Below are positions 51,595 to 64,000 of a DNA stretch of 64,000 nucleotides, piece after piece. The translations under genes were made by a program, and so were the position numbers. The notes under the pieces were generated by a model. It had not been told where the DNA came from, did not search any database, and saw only the letters and a list, made by a program, of their open reading frames with translations. Source of the stretch: Vairimorpha necatrix (taxonomy: Eukaryota); assembly GCA_036630325.1 (NCBI GenBank), contig CP142726.1:310001-374000 (forward strand), read 5' to 3'. Every line of letters begins with the position of its first letter. Within the stretch, counting starts at the first letter, position 1.

Positions 51595-51914
51595 GAAATT
51601 AATATATTTTAATCAAAAAATGCTTATTGTAATTATTATTTATAGTTGAACAAGGATGGATTCCGCGTTGGCGTCTCTTGCTTGTAGGTGGCTTCTCATC
51701 TCACTAGTCTTTTCCACTTCGGCTTCGTCTCCTCTTCTTTAGTAGTCTAGAAAAAATCTTTTTAGCGTTGACTTCTGAATATACGCTTCTACCTTCTTAG
51801 AGGTTTAAAGTGTTTTGGTATAAGATTTATATACTTAGTCTCTATACCGTCTCAAGGGATAACGTAGGCAATTATTTTTGTTTTTAACCCATATATTAGG
51901 CCCAGTTCGTTCGC
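51595..51914 (-). mobile_element. 5'-truncated RLE-type non-LTR insertion (320 bp) with 12-bp TSD
   Basis: Minus-strand YVIP*DGIETKY...KVEAYIQKSTLKR. TSD ATATATAATCAT at 51583-51594 and 51915-51926. Confidence 0.75.
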
Positions 51915-51969
51915 ATATATAATCATTACATAATTTAAAATTAAATTTTATACCCCCTTTTCATTAAAT

Positions 51970-53172
51970 ATGACGAGAATGAAGACTAGAGAAGAAAAGG
52001 AACAGTTAAAAAAACTGTTTTCGTGTTATAATTCCATCTTGGATAATCATGAGATAACTCAGTTATCAAATGATATTTTAAGTAAGGAATGTGATTTTGA
52101 TCAAAATGATCTGCACAATTTCTTCGAAGCTGCAATAAGAACATATAATGATATTCCCTATCATAATGCTACGCATGAGATTAATGCATTATATAATGGA
52201 AAAATCTTTTTCATAGACCAAAAATTGAACGAAAAGTTAGGTTTATCTTTTTGATTTGCTGCCTATTGCATGACATAGGCCATCCAAATTCCGATTCCTG
52301 TGGGCATAATAAATTTGATTTAGAAAAACTCCATGGGGATTTTATAAATGAAAATACTGTCTGAATTTTTGCCCGGACATTTGACGGATGAAAATATGAA
52401 TTTAATAAGTGAATTAATCTTATCTACAAATTTAATTTAACATAATAACGTGCTTGACGCTTTTAAAAGTCAATATACCGGTCGGAATATTAATGGCGTC
52501 AAAAAACTAAAAATAATTTGTGGTCTGTTAGTTTCCCAGCAGACCGGGAAGAATGTTTTAAACTATTACTTTTATTATTCTTCATCCTCTTCTGGGCATG
52601 AATTTCTTTTTATGTTTTTGGAGGGAAAATATTGTGTATTTTCCCTCCAAAAACATTATCGGGAAAAGGAAGAGAATACTTATAGAATAGTGTTCTCTGG
52701 TCTCCAGGAATCTTAGGACCACTGGAGAACTGTTCTTGACATTTATGATTTCAAAATGTTGATAAAAAAGCAGAAATTGGTGCATCGTATAAAAATTTCG
52801 ATGATTTCATGTGTAGAAGCAGAAAGCTCGAGAAATTAAATCGCGACACACGCATGGAAGGCGCTAGAAAAAAGGCAGTAGAAGTTGAATATTTCTCTTC
52901 AATCATCTTATCACGAGCGAGAGGGGGGGGGGAGTTCTAAAGTTTTCATAGATTTTAAATTTTTGTATAAAAATTCTATCGAAAAACAAAAAGAATACAA
53001 TAAGAAAACCTCTTTTAAGATGGGCCTTTTTGTCTGTCTTAAAAGAGCAAATGTTTTAGCATTTACAAGAGATTTATACGTATTTGCCTTGAGTCTATTT
53101 TTCAATCCTCCTTTTTTAAATGGGAAATGGGCCAAGAGAAGATATAAAACACCAATATATATCATTTCTTAA
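51970..53172 (+). pseudogene. Cyclic nucleotide phosphodiesterase pseudogene, copy D
   Basis: NDIPYHNATH, LHDIGHP. Frameshifts, solo LTR at 52519-52741. Confidence 0.85.
52519..52741. mobile_element. Solo-LTR-like insertion in PDE copy D (same event as 10575-10796)
   Basis: Near-identical TG...CA insert at the same position. Confidence 0.7.
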
Positions 53173-55505
53173 GTAATGTAACAATAAAATTTTAGTTGTT
53201 TCGTAACACAGAGGAAGTACCTCTGAGTGCACAGATTTATATTAGACCTGACGGCCCTTCATTTAATTATGTTATTTAGCACTTTTTCGTGCTGTTAATT
53301 TCCCTGGTAAAAAAAGCTTTTTTTGCTCTTGTTTTCCAAGGAAATTGTTGACAGATTTTTGGATTCACATGTGGGGAGGGGCTGAAAATAAATAAATAGT
53401 AAATTTTCGGAATAAGGCGGTCGAATGGTCTATTTTTTAAAAAATTATAGCTTATTAATTAAACTAAATAATGTGAGAAGCATATAGCACAAATCTATTT
53501 CTCATATATCAATATAAAAAAAGAATAATGTTTATCAAATGACCATGTGTTTTTCTATTTGATAGATTTTCCCAAGGCGATATATTGTCCTACACGAAAA
53601 ATTATAATACAATTATCAAAGATTTTTGTTTCAAATATTTCACAATATAAACAGGTGCTAGATAAGTTCTAAATGTATTTCTTCTTTTTAATCTGTCTAT
53701 AGAGCTCGATTAAACATGTAATTCTATATAAGAATTTTATATTTGCAATTTTGATTATCTAAGTGTAAACAGGAGTTGTTGAATATTCAAAAATTTTTGT
53801 GACATTTTATTTCCTACGCTTAAACGAAGGACGCGAGAAACAGCCTCTTATAAAATGGTAAATGCTAAAACCGTCGTTATGCAACTCTTTACGATGTACA
53901 TTTTTGTTATATAGCCACAAGAAAGAGAAACTAAAATACAGTGACTAGGTTAATATCACAAAACAACCTTCTTTCCAGACAAAAATTCACATTTATTTTG
54001 TACATCTTTGCTTAATTTTGTTAAGTTTATAATTTTTGCTTAAGATAGTGCGGACATAATCTGTTGGTAATTACAATACGCGGGTTTATATATTCAGAGT
54101 GCGAAGTTTAAATTTATATAAATACCTTAAAAATTCGAATTTTTTAAATCCCTTTGTGATTATAAAAGAAAAACAATAAATAGCGAATTACGAAGCGTCG
54201 ATTTAAGGGTTGTAAAAAAAAAACGACCCATCATGAAATATCGAATATAATTGATATACGTTGTGAACTCGTTGCAGCAATTATACGTAAATAAAACAAA
54301 TAATACACTAGATCTACCAACAAATTGAATCAAAGCTAAATTCTTACGAATACAGAACATGTTTTTAAAACATAACTAATTTGCAGAATATTTGGCTCAT
54401 AAATATTTTTAACAAGTTAAAGGCATGAATAAATGTAAATTTGATGATATTAATATCTAAAAAAATTGTATAAAGAAAAGGACTCTCTTAATTTTAATTA
54501 GACGTAATATGACAGAACAATTTCTATTAAGAGTTTTCCACACGATATTTGTAATTACTCGGCCAGACCTCTAATTTATTTGTTAAAAACAGAATCCAAC
54601 AGTAATACCACTTGAAGTTATGTATACTTAGATAAAATACATGAGCACATAAGGATGTGCTGCGAATCTTGGCCAAAATTATAGCTGTTTGCATGCAATT
54701 ATAAAAAACGATTATTGTCACTTACGTTTAAATGAACGTAAACTAAGGGAGTTCTATAAACTTGATTGAATAAAGTATTATTTTGTTTTTCGAAAAATCC
54801 ACGCAAAGTCCTTATAATATATAATTAAGGTTATCATTCGCGGATAGTTTTACAGAAATTCAACAATTTAGACAAAAAAATAAATTTTACCTCCTTATTT
54901 TCGACAAATAAATCCCACAGATAAATTCTTTTCGATGCTCAATAGAAGATAAATATCTTTTCATTCTGCAGATTGTCTAGTTGAAACAATTCTTGAGGAT
55001 GTTTTGAGATTTTTATAGCCGAAAGTGTCCGAAACTACACAGAAATAATGTAGCTCGTTGAAAAGACAATAGAGAACATTTTTTAATTTTTCTAATAATT
55101 TTATTGTTATGGGAATATAGAAATTTTTTCGTGGCATTATAGCAATATTGCATTCATTAATAAAAATGCGTTTTTTTGCAGAAAAATGAGAATTTTAATA
55201 TAAATATAAGTATAAATTTATACAAGATAGAAAAAATAAAAAACCTATAGACGCCTTTCCAGTAATCGCCTGTATATCTCGTTTTTTGTTCTTTGATTTA
55301 TACAAGTTCATGTCATGAATTAAATTATTTTTTCGATAAAATTATTGTGGCCGTTTTTAGTTCTCCTTGCTAATAATAAAACCACAAAAATAAATATTTA
55401 CACTAGAAATCGCATATGAGTATGTTCTTCATTAAAAACTTTTGAAAAGCAAAAATATATCTTTTTACCACTTGCTTGTGATTAATCATGTGATACGTGA
55501 TCTAA

Positions 55506-56292
55506 GGTGCCCTTAGCCCAAAGGTAGAAGGCGATTCTTCCATTGAGCAATAGCTGGGTTCGATTCCCAGGGGCACCAAAATTGTTTCTACTTTCTATGA
55601 TGCAGTTGGAACAACTCAGATGATGAAAATGTCCACGATAATCATTAATTTGATTCAATGAAACTTGTGTGTGTCCAGCCACAAGGGATTAGCATCTAGT
55701 GTAGAAACGCATCTCAAAGCCAAAAAGCAGTATCACCCCTTGGTGACTTATTGATCCATAAAAGTATCTGATGGGTATGGCCTAGTTAAAACACATGGCC
55801 GGTGCATTCTAGCATGGTATCCTAGAGCCAACTAAGAGACCAGACGAAGTAGGGCAATAGAAAGTCTCGTGGACCCTATCCTACAAGATTCTGTAACATG
55901 GTGGCCGAAACTAGTGGGAGAATGGTGGTCAACGCAGCCCAATAAAAACGTCGGGCTGGGGATGTGGTCGTGTAAGGAGCCGTGTGTGCAATACGGATAA
56001 TTGTAGGGACCTTTGAGTCAGTACGATGATGTCTCTCCTCGGGTTATAGATAACTATGCCCGTTAATTATATCCGCCGCGAGGTCACTCTGGGCGCGATT
56101 TGAGGTATAAATGGAAAGTGTTCTCCCGGAGCCAAAGTCCAATGGATACGGCGGAGCTTGCTGCACCGGCAAGTGTATGGAGGAAGTTTTAGTGAGTAAG
56201 AATCTCACAGTACCAGTTGGATGAGGATCACACCCAAATCCCTCTGGTCCCTATGTAAGGTTTCTCTACCTCTTACTTGCAAGAAAAAAAAA
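55506..56292 (+). mobile_element. tRNA-headed SINE-like element, copy S4 (recombinant)
   Basis: Left flank as S1/S3, body and right flank mostly as S2. Confidence 0.85.
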
Positions 56293-57919
56293 TTAATGTG
56301 CAGATGATCTAACTATAAATGGTTTTGCGTACATGAAGTAAATAAGATATAACCGAATAAAATTTTTATCTTGTAGGAAACTATGTTTGTTTCCCGTATT
56401 TGTAAGATGTAAAATCCATTAATGATGATTTTCATTTTTTGCCAGTTACAATCTTTTCAAGGGTTTCTAACGATTTAGTCGTATTGTTATCATTAAACTT
56501 TAATGATATTTATTTATTTAATAGTCACCTATAATATGTCATAGGTAATTTTTCATTTCTTGTATTTTAGATCTGTTGCTCGTGTATAAATCTCGTAATA
56601 TGTTTCTTTGACAGAACTTTTACAATTATAGATTTGTTTGTTCACTTTTGTCTTAGTAATTACAACCTCCTGGATAAGTGTTAGTTCTTTGGAGTTAGTA
56701 TTTGTTTTACATCATGTATGTATTCGGAGGCCATCGTTTTATAGGTTGACTATTTTTGTCTAACACGAACCTTATCTGATTTAAAGCCTTAACTTTTTAT
56801 GAATAAGTAATAAGTATGTTTATAGATTTGTTTATTTAATGTTTATATTTACTGCGGACATCTTAGATATATAATTTTTTATTGAAGCTATTATTGGGTT
56901 AATTTCATTCTACATTTTACTCTACTTCCGCGCACTCATGCTGGTCGCACCATCCTCTAGCTACCTCTACTATGTTCTTGGTTTTAAATCCTCTGTCGCC
57001 GTGTCTCACCGGTGTTCAAAGGAGATGCACTATAGCGTCTCTTACATAATTCTCATTGGATGTAGGCTTCGGTACTAGTCGATAGATCAAGTGCATTGAT
57101 AAGGTGGTGTGGTATTTTGTCACAATTCCGCACATTTTATGATGTATGGTATACTTTGCATTTGTACGTTTTCACAATTCATTTGCTAAGATATCGCAGT
57201 TTTTGAGTTTTTCCTGTTCTACTTTCGGTAATTATCCTAAGAGGTTAGACATCTCGAATAATAAGCATAAATTTCTAGATGATGCTAACACAAAGAAATT
57301 TCTTTTTCAACTAATGGTTCCTTAATTATCGTTTTATGCTTGTAGATTTTCTACACTTTTAGTTCTCTTTTTCCGTGTTTAAAATAGTTGTTATATTTGC
57401 AGGAAAATGTATTTTCGGATATGATATATTTCTGGGTTTACTTTGCAAGTCAATATATACCAAAAATACCATAGATGTTTTATAATTCTAAAGGAAACAA
57501 TATAAACATTTTACTTATTGAAGAAAATGATTTTTTTTTGATATATAATTCTTATTTTCAAAAACTAATGGCTAGTGGTCAAAAGAGGAATATTTTTACA
57601 AAAATTGTGGCATTATAATTACCACAAACAAATAATTTCCCCCTTTTTGGAAATAGACCATTCGAACGGTCTATTCCAAAAATTAATTATTTATATAAAT
57701 TTTACCCCCAGCCCACAGAATTCAACATGAAGAAAACTATAAAAACGTTCTTAACGATTACTCTTGGAAAACAAACCAAGTAAAAGCAGGAACGCCAGGG
57801 AAAATTCAAAACCCTTCATTATGCACAACGGAGTCAAGTAAAGACTAAAAACTAGTTTCAATTTCGTCGTATTATATTTGCTTAAAGGCAGTATCTGTGT
57901 TTCGTCAAAATCAATATAA

Positions 57920-58800
57920 ATGGAAAAAAGGATTCTCGATTTTATTAAAAAAAATAATGAAATCTACAATAGGCACCTTGAAGATTTCGAAATCGACGAA
58001 ATCTATAAGACCTATTTGAAAGTGTACAAGGTTTTCGATGAGGCCCTTCTAATTGGGCACATCGAAAATTTCCAAAATGAAAAAAACTCCAGGAGCCGAA
58101 CACCCCAAGAGGTCGAAAGCGCTAAAAACTGGAGGCAGCAACGAAGGGCCAGTGTCTGTTCAGAGAGAATCATCCCTAATGATTTCTCTTCTGTAAGCTT
58201 CCCCAACACCAGGGGGACCTTCAAATTTCTAAATGATGTCTTTATCTCTGACATTCCCTTTGGGCTCCTGACGCCAAGGCAGAAAGACAAGCTCATTGAC
58301 ATCATGAAATGTGTCGATGTAGAAGAAAGGGAGTCTTAATTAGGGAAGGCGAAAAGGGCAGTACCATGTATGTGGTAGATGAAGGGATTTTTGATGTTTA
58401 CATTAAAAATGTAAGAATCAAGTCCCTTGAAAGAGGAGACATTTTCGGAGAAATTGTCCTGTTTCACAATATTAACGGGACTGCCACTGTTATTAGTAAA
58501 GTTAAATCAAAAATTTGGGTCATAGAACAGAAGATGTTTGGAGGCCTGAGGGCCTCCGACAGAAATAAGAATAAAGGTATAGTTCTGGACGGGATAACAA
58601 AAATGAAGTTATATCCCGATCTAACTGAGAGAGAACTTATAAGCCTTGTAAATACCTTAACTTTTGATTATCTAAAAATGGGCAGTACTGCTGATTAAAT
58701 CACGACAAATTTTCTCTTTACATAGCCGGATTTGGCTAAATTAACAAGAAATGTAACGAATAAATATAGAAGAAAAATATTTGTACATGAGATTAACCGT
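57920..58800 (+). pseudogene. PKA regulatory subunit pseudogene, copy C (best preserved N-terminus)
   Basis: ATG ORF of 139 aa with RRASV. Frameshift at ~58330 into the cNMP domain, where the phosphate-binding-cassette Arg is changed to Gly (NINGTATV). Confidence 0.85.
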
Positions 58801-61457
58801 TAAACTTTCCATATTTTAATAAATTCTTAAATAATTATTTGTTGTATATTATTTAAGTCTATTTGTGTCATCGTAAACTGTAGTATTTCTTAGCTTTCCT
58901 TCGCAATTGCTATTAGTATCTTCTGGGTTATCTCTTCTACAAAGCTATACCTAGTCCTTAGATACTCGTAATTGTAAACAAGTAAGATTTGCTCTCTTCC
59001 TCTACTTTAAGTATCGCTGCCCGTTGAAGTAAGCTATTTCAGATCCATCTAATGTTTATTAAATATTCAGAAGCATAATTTCGCTTCTATCTTCGCACAT
59101 ATGAGGCCTCTACCATTTCGGATCTAGGAAGGTATAGTCTTTCCTTGCAGGCTGGCTGTAGATGGACCTGGTACTTGATAAGTACCTGTCGGATATCAAA
59201 ATCAAGACTTTTGAAATCTGTTGGTTCTAATTTTAATAATTCTACATGATAGTTTATTTCTGATATTGCATGCTCGGTTATAGCTCGAATCATATTCTTA
59301 CCATTTAATTGAATCTTGCACAGTTTTTCAACCCTCTGTAAGATCTCATTTCTTACTTTTTCAAAAGTCTCTCTTTCGACAGCATTAGAGGCATTCTCTG
59401 TTGTTCCAAGGTATTTGTATCTTTTATGCCCTTCTAGTACTACTGCATCTTCGCTACAATAAATACAGTTAGTCGCAGACTTACTCCTGTTCATTTTAAA
59501 CCTAAAGCTTAGAAAAACTTTTGTGTTTCCTCATTCATCAGTTTTAAAACGATCTCGTTCTCTGCGAGGAGCAATGATCATCAATAAATAGAAGATGGTG
59601 CGTTACATAGACACTTTCGTGAATCTGTACTCCTACTTTTGGGCAAGTTGAATTCAATATCCTGCTCAACGAGTCCATACATAGTACAAACAAAAGCCGC
59701 GACAAGGAATCCGCTTGTAATCTGCTTTCTTCAAGCTTCTTATTCTGTATCGTTTCCATCCTCATTTTATCTCAACGTGCCACCTTTTAACGGTGGCTTC
59801 TAAGAATTAACTTTTCCTTTATGCGAAATTAAACTTGCTAATACAAGTTAATAGATATAAAATTTCAACGGTGTCGTAGGCTTTTTTTTACATCTCACAC
59901 TTGGTCTTTAGCTTGTTTTCATGTCCTCATTGGCTGATATATTAATCGAGCTTGTTCTTACTTTCCTTGGACTTTTCAAACTGTCCCTTGTTGGTTCTCT
60001 GCTAGTAGCCCTCTACTTTCTACAATAGCTTCATTATTTTCGTCGTGCAATGTATTTTAAGCTTGTTGAGGTTCGACATACTGGTAATAAGCCTGAAGTC
60101 ATTCCCATTAATGGGGATACCTTTGGGTATAAAATAAGTAATCTGCTTGTAGGACCAAGCTTCAGGTTCTTTACCATCCATGCATACTTCTTAACAATCT
60201 GTAAAGGAATAGTTGTAGAGCTTCACACTTCTTAATAAATAAATTTAAGATTTTATCACAGCCAGCAACCCTCATAATTTGGTAAATATTTAATAATATC
60301 TACAAATTTTTGCAAGGTTGGGAAATGATCTGATCTTGGCTATCAAGAATGTTTTTTATGAAAATACGCCTTGAGAGTATTGCAGTCTTCGGATTGCTTT
60401 TTCTTATTCCACATGGTAGACCAGAATGAACATATATCTTCTTGCTTACATTATGAATAACTTCATCGGCACACTTGAGTTTTCTTTAGAAATTGCTTCT
60501 ATTTAGCTTAAAAATAATTTTAAGCCCATACAATTGCGTCGATCTCATACCTTTCGCTTCCTTGAGTATATGGCTTTCCTCTAGTTGAGTATAGCATTGG
60601 CTTCAGAAGTATCTCGGCGTAAACATGCAAGCATGTTGAGTTTACGCATTACCTTCTTAAATTCACGATTTTCTCATTTGAGAGTTTTCAAAGGCCTTGG
60701 CCTTTTGATAAGCACTACCTTGTCTTCGATCTATGTGATTTTTTTCAAGATACTTTCCTTTCAAGATGAAGGTTTGGGATTCTTACTGGCCATTTCCTAA
60801 TAGCAGAAAAGTGCAGCTTGCAATATCCTTGCCATCTGGTACATTTATGAGGGGGTGGTATCTAACGTGACTATCTACCGCCTTGGCTGTGGCATCAAGT
60901 TTCAACAGTCCAAATTCGAAGCAGGTATTTTCCTCGTTCTTTCTACCTGGTCCACACATGTGTTCTGGATATAACTAAGTTTTCTCCAAGAATCATTTTT
61001 GTGCTTTTAGGAAAAGCTCGAATTCGAAGAGACTATTCCTCTTTTGAGCCAGTCAGGCTTTACGTCTTTTGGTAGGATTAGCTAAGAATTATTGGGCCGC
61101 CATTCATCTACAGCTATTTCTAGTGAGCGCTTTCTTCGCTTTGCTCTTAGATCTAGTGAACTCATGTTCGACCCAATTTTTATACCGAACAAATCGGTAG
61201 CTTTATTCCACCGTCCTCTTGGCATTCAACCAAAAATATTTATAATTGATAGAAATTTTTTGAGGCCACTCTTCTTCATTCGCTTCGGTTCTCATAAAAC
61301 TGCCACGAGAGTCTCAGAAGTGGATTGAGTGGGCACACTAGTGTGTTCTGGCCCCTGTTCTTTCTCAGCCGTGTCTATTTCGTTCCTTTTCGCTTCGGAA
61401 GTTAATTTGTTATTTTTTCGGGTTTAATATCCTGCTCTGTCCTTACAATCTTTTTGT
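58801..61457 (-). mobile_element. RLE-type non-LTR retrotransposon, 3'-truncated (copy C)
   Basis: ORFs 59087-59494 and 59544-59765 (HLLFIDD). Confidence 0.9.
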
Positions 61458-61484
61458 TATATAATCATTGCATTAATTTAAAAT

Positions 61485-61511
61485 TAAATTTATACCCCCA
61501 CTTTATTAAAT
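61485..61511 (+). promoter_or_regulatory. Microsporidian-type AAATTT + CCC start-proximal motif upstream of PDE (same in other PDE copies and pogo)
   Basis: AAATTTATACCCCCACTTTATTAAAT-ATG; pogo has AAATTTACCCCC-ATG. Confidence 0.5.
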
Positions 61512-62456
61512 ATGACGAGAATGAAGACTAGAGAAGAAAAGGAACAGTTAAAAAAACTGTTTTTGTGTTATAAATCCACCTTGGATAATCACATGATAAC
61601 TCAGTTATCTTATGATATTTTAAGTAAGGAATGTGATTTTGATCAAAATGATCTGCACAATTTCTTGGAAGCTGCAATAAGAACATATAATGATATTCCC
61701 TATCATAATGCTACGCATAAGTTCAATGCATTATATAATGGGAATATCTTTTTCATAGACCAAAAATTGAACGAAAAGATAGGTTTATCTTTTTGATTTG
61801 CTGCCTATTGCATGACATAGGCCATCCAGGTTCCAATTCCCGTGGGCATAATAAATTTGGTTTAGAAAATCTTTATGTGGATTTTAAAAGAAATTTCCGT
61901 ATTAATTTTTACCCGGGCATTTGACAGAGGAAAATATGAATTTAATAAGTGAATTAATCTTATCTACAAATTTAATTTCACATAATGACGTGCTTGACGA
62001 TTTAAAAATAAATATATAGGTCAAAAAATTAATAGCGTCGAAAAACTAAATATTATTGAATTCAAAATGTTGATAAAAATAGCAGACGTAGGTAAATCGT
62101 ATAAAAAGTTCAAAGATTTTATGTGTGGAAGCAAAAAGCTCGAGAAAGAAATTTGCGGCACAAGCATAGGAGGAGCTAAAAAAAGGCAGAAGAAGATGCA
62201 ATTCATCTTAAATTATTCCTTACCACTAGCAGAGTGTTTTCTAAAGATTTTAAATTTTTGTATGGAAATACTATTGAAAAACAAAAAGAATCCAATTACA
62301 AAAACTTTTTTTTGGAGTGGGCTATTTGTCCGTGGTAATAGAGCAAATATTTTGGCTTTTACAAGCGAATTATACGTGTTTGTCGGGAGTCTATTTTCAA
62401 TCCTCCTTTTAAAATGGGAAAACAAGCCGAGAAAAGATATAAAAACAACAATATAA
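61512..62456 (+). pseudogene. Cyclic nucleotide phosphodiesterase pseudogene, copy C
   Basis: PYHNATH, LHDIGHP, LIKIADVG, split by frameshifts. Confidence 0.85.
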
Positions 62457-63679
62457 AGCATTTTTTTAGTAATGCAACAATAAAACTTTTAGTTTGTTCG
62501 TAACACAGAGGAAATACCTCTTGATCACAAATTTATAATGGACTTACCGGTTCTTTATTTAATTAAGTTATTAATCACTATTTTCGTGCTACTAATGTCT
62601 CTGGGTGTAAAGCTTTTTTGGTCTTGTTTTCCAAGGAAATTGTTGACAGATTTTTAGAGTCAAAATATGTGTGTAGAGGAGGAAAAAAATAGTAAAATTT
62701 TTGAATAGATCGGTCGAATGGTCTATTTTTTAAAGAAGTATAATTTATTAATAAAACTAAATAGTGTGAGAAGCATGAAGCACGAATCTATTTCTCATCT
62801 ATCAATAGCAAAAAAGAATAATGTTTATATTACATGACCATGTGTTTTTCTATTTTGATGGATTTTCCAATGTGGTATATTATCCTACACGAAAAATTAT
62901 AATAAAAATATAAAATATTTTTAGTTTTAAATTATTTCACAATATAAAAAGGCACTAGATCAGTCCGAATTCTAATTTGAGCTTTTTAATCTTTCTATAG
63001 AGCTTGTCTAAATATGTAATTCTTATAAGAATTATATATGTGCAATTTTGATTATTAAGTGTAAACAAGGGGCTTGTTAATATTCAAAAATTTTTGAGAC
63101 ATTTTCTTTCCTCAGTTTAAAATAAGAACGTAAATGACAGCCTCTTATGGAATGGTAAGTGCTATACACGTCGTTATTCAATCTTTTACGATGTGCATTT
63201 TTGTTAAGTAGCCACAAGAAAGGAAAATGAAAATACAGTAACTAGATTAATATCACAAGGCAACCTTCTTTAAGACAAAAAATGCACATTTATTCTGCAC
63301 AACTTTGCTTAATTTTGTTACAATTAAAAATTTCGACAGATTATAGAGTAAATAACCACAGTTGGTGCTTACAATACGTGAGTTAATTATCATGAGTGCG
63401 AAGTTTAATTTATATAAATACCATAAAAAATTGAATTTTTTAAATCCCTTTGGATAATAAAAGAACGGAAACCAATAAATCTCGAATTACGAAACGTCGA
63501 TTTGGGGTTGTAAAAAAATAAAAAACGTCCCATTGACGAAATATCGGATATAATTGATCTACATTGTAAACTCGTTGCAGCCATCAATCGAAAACACAAT
63601 CAACATACTAGATCTACCAACCAATTGAATTAAAGCGAAATTCTTACAGTTACAGAACATGTTATTTAAAATATAACTA

Positions 63680-64000
63680 ACGGGGTTTCCGGGTTAAGAG
63701 ATCCACCCCAAAAGTCGAATTTTGCGACTTTTTAAAAAAGAAATTATTATACTAGAATAAGAGGTCCACCCATATAAGAGATCCACCCCACCCCCAGCCA
63801 AATGGTTAAAAAATTATATTAGAAAAATGAACCCTTTATTATAATAAACATTTAAATTTCTATAAAATCTTCAAATAAATTTTAACAGTCTGGGCCTTCG
63901 TCTTCAATTTCAGCACAATTAAGAACATCTTGAAGTTTATTGTTTAAATTAAAAATATTGTTTTCATGAAAAATTGAATCTGTTCCACACAATCTAAAAG
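63680..64000 (-). mobile_element. pogo-like transposon end (same insertion as 33490), truncated by the window
   Basis: CGGGGTTTCCGGGTTAAGAGATCCA at the same flank. Confidence 0.9.

Larger units (their letters stand above)
51915..56292 (+). repeat. Segmental duplication unit D (right half, A-type), in tandem with unit C
   Basis: Colinear with ~9973-14324, including the PDE solo LTR and the segment deleted in B. Confidence 0.93.
56293..64000 (+). repeat. Segmental duplication unit C (runs off the window)
   Basis: Colinear with B, including the pogo insertion. Confidence 0.95.

Noticed and set aside
1..64000. CRISPR array, prokaryotic operons or rRNA genes
   Set aside because: No regularly spaced short repeats, no bacterial gene organisation and no rRNA-like sequence. 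The IS1595-like transposases are eukaryotic Merlin elements.

Overview
Very AT-rich eukaryotic window dominated by decayed transposons. It is most consistent with a large-genome microsporidian (inference from AAATTT/CCC start-codon context, compact intronless genes, Merlin/MULE/pogo/Ty3 content and microsporidian-type homeodomains). A ~9.8 kb segmental duplication occurs four times: A 4497-14324, B 26106-35956, partial D 51915-56292, C 56293-end. Full units carry a PKA regulatory-subunit pseudogene and a cyclic-nucleotide phosphodiesterase pseudogene, separated by an antisense RLE-type non-LTR retrotransposon and bracketed by inverted hairpin-ended elements. Units are bounded by copies of a ~785 bp tRNA-headed SINE-like element. 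Three paralogous short homeodomain genes have hydrophobic, signal-peptide-like N-termini. Also present: a Ty3/gypsy element and a TRIM-like element with ~50 bp LTRs, solo LTRs with terminal hairpins, four Merlin/ISXO2 elements, two MULEs and a pogo element. Non-LTR elements appear to target TA-repeat sites. Almost no intact genes are present. All calls come from reading the sequence; no searches were run.
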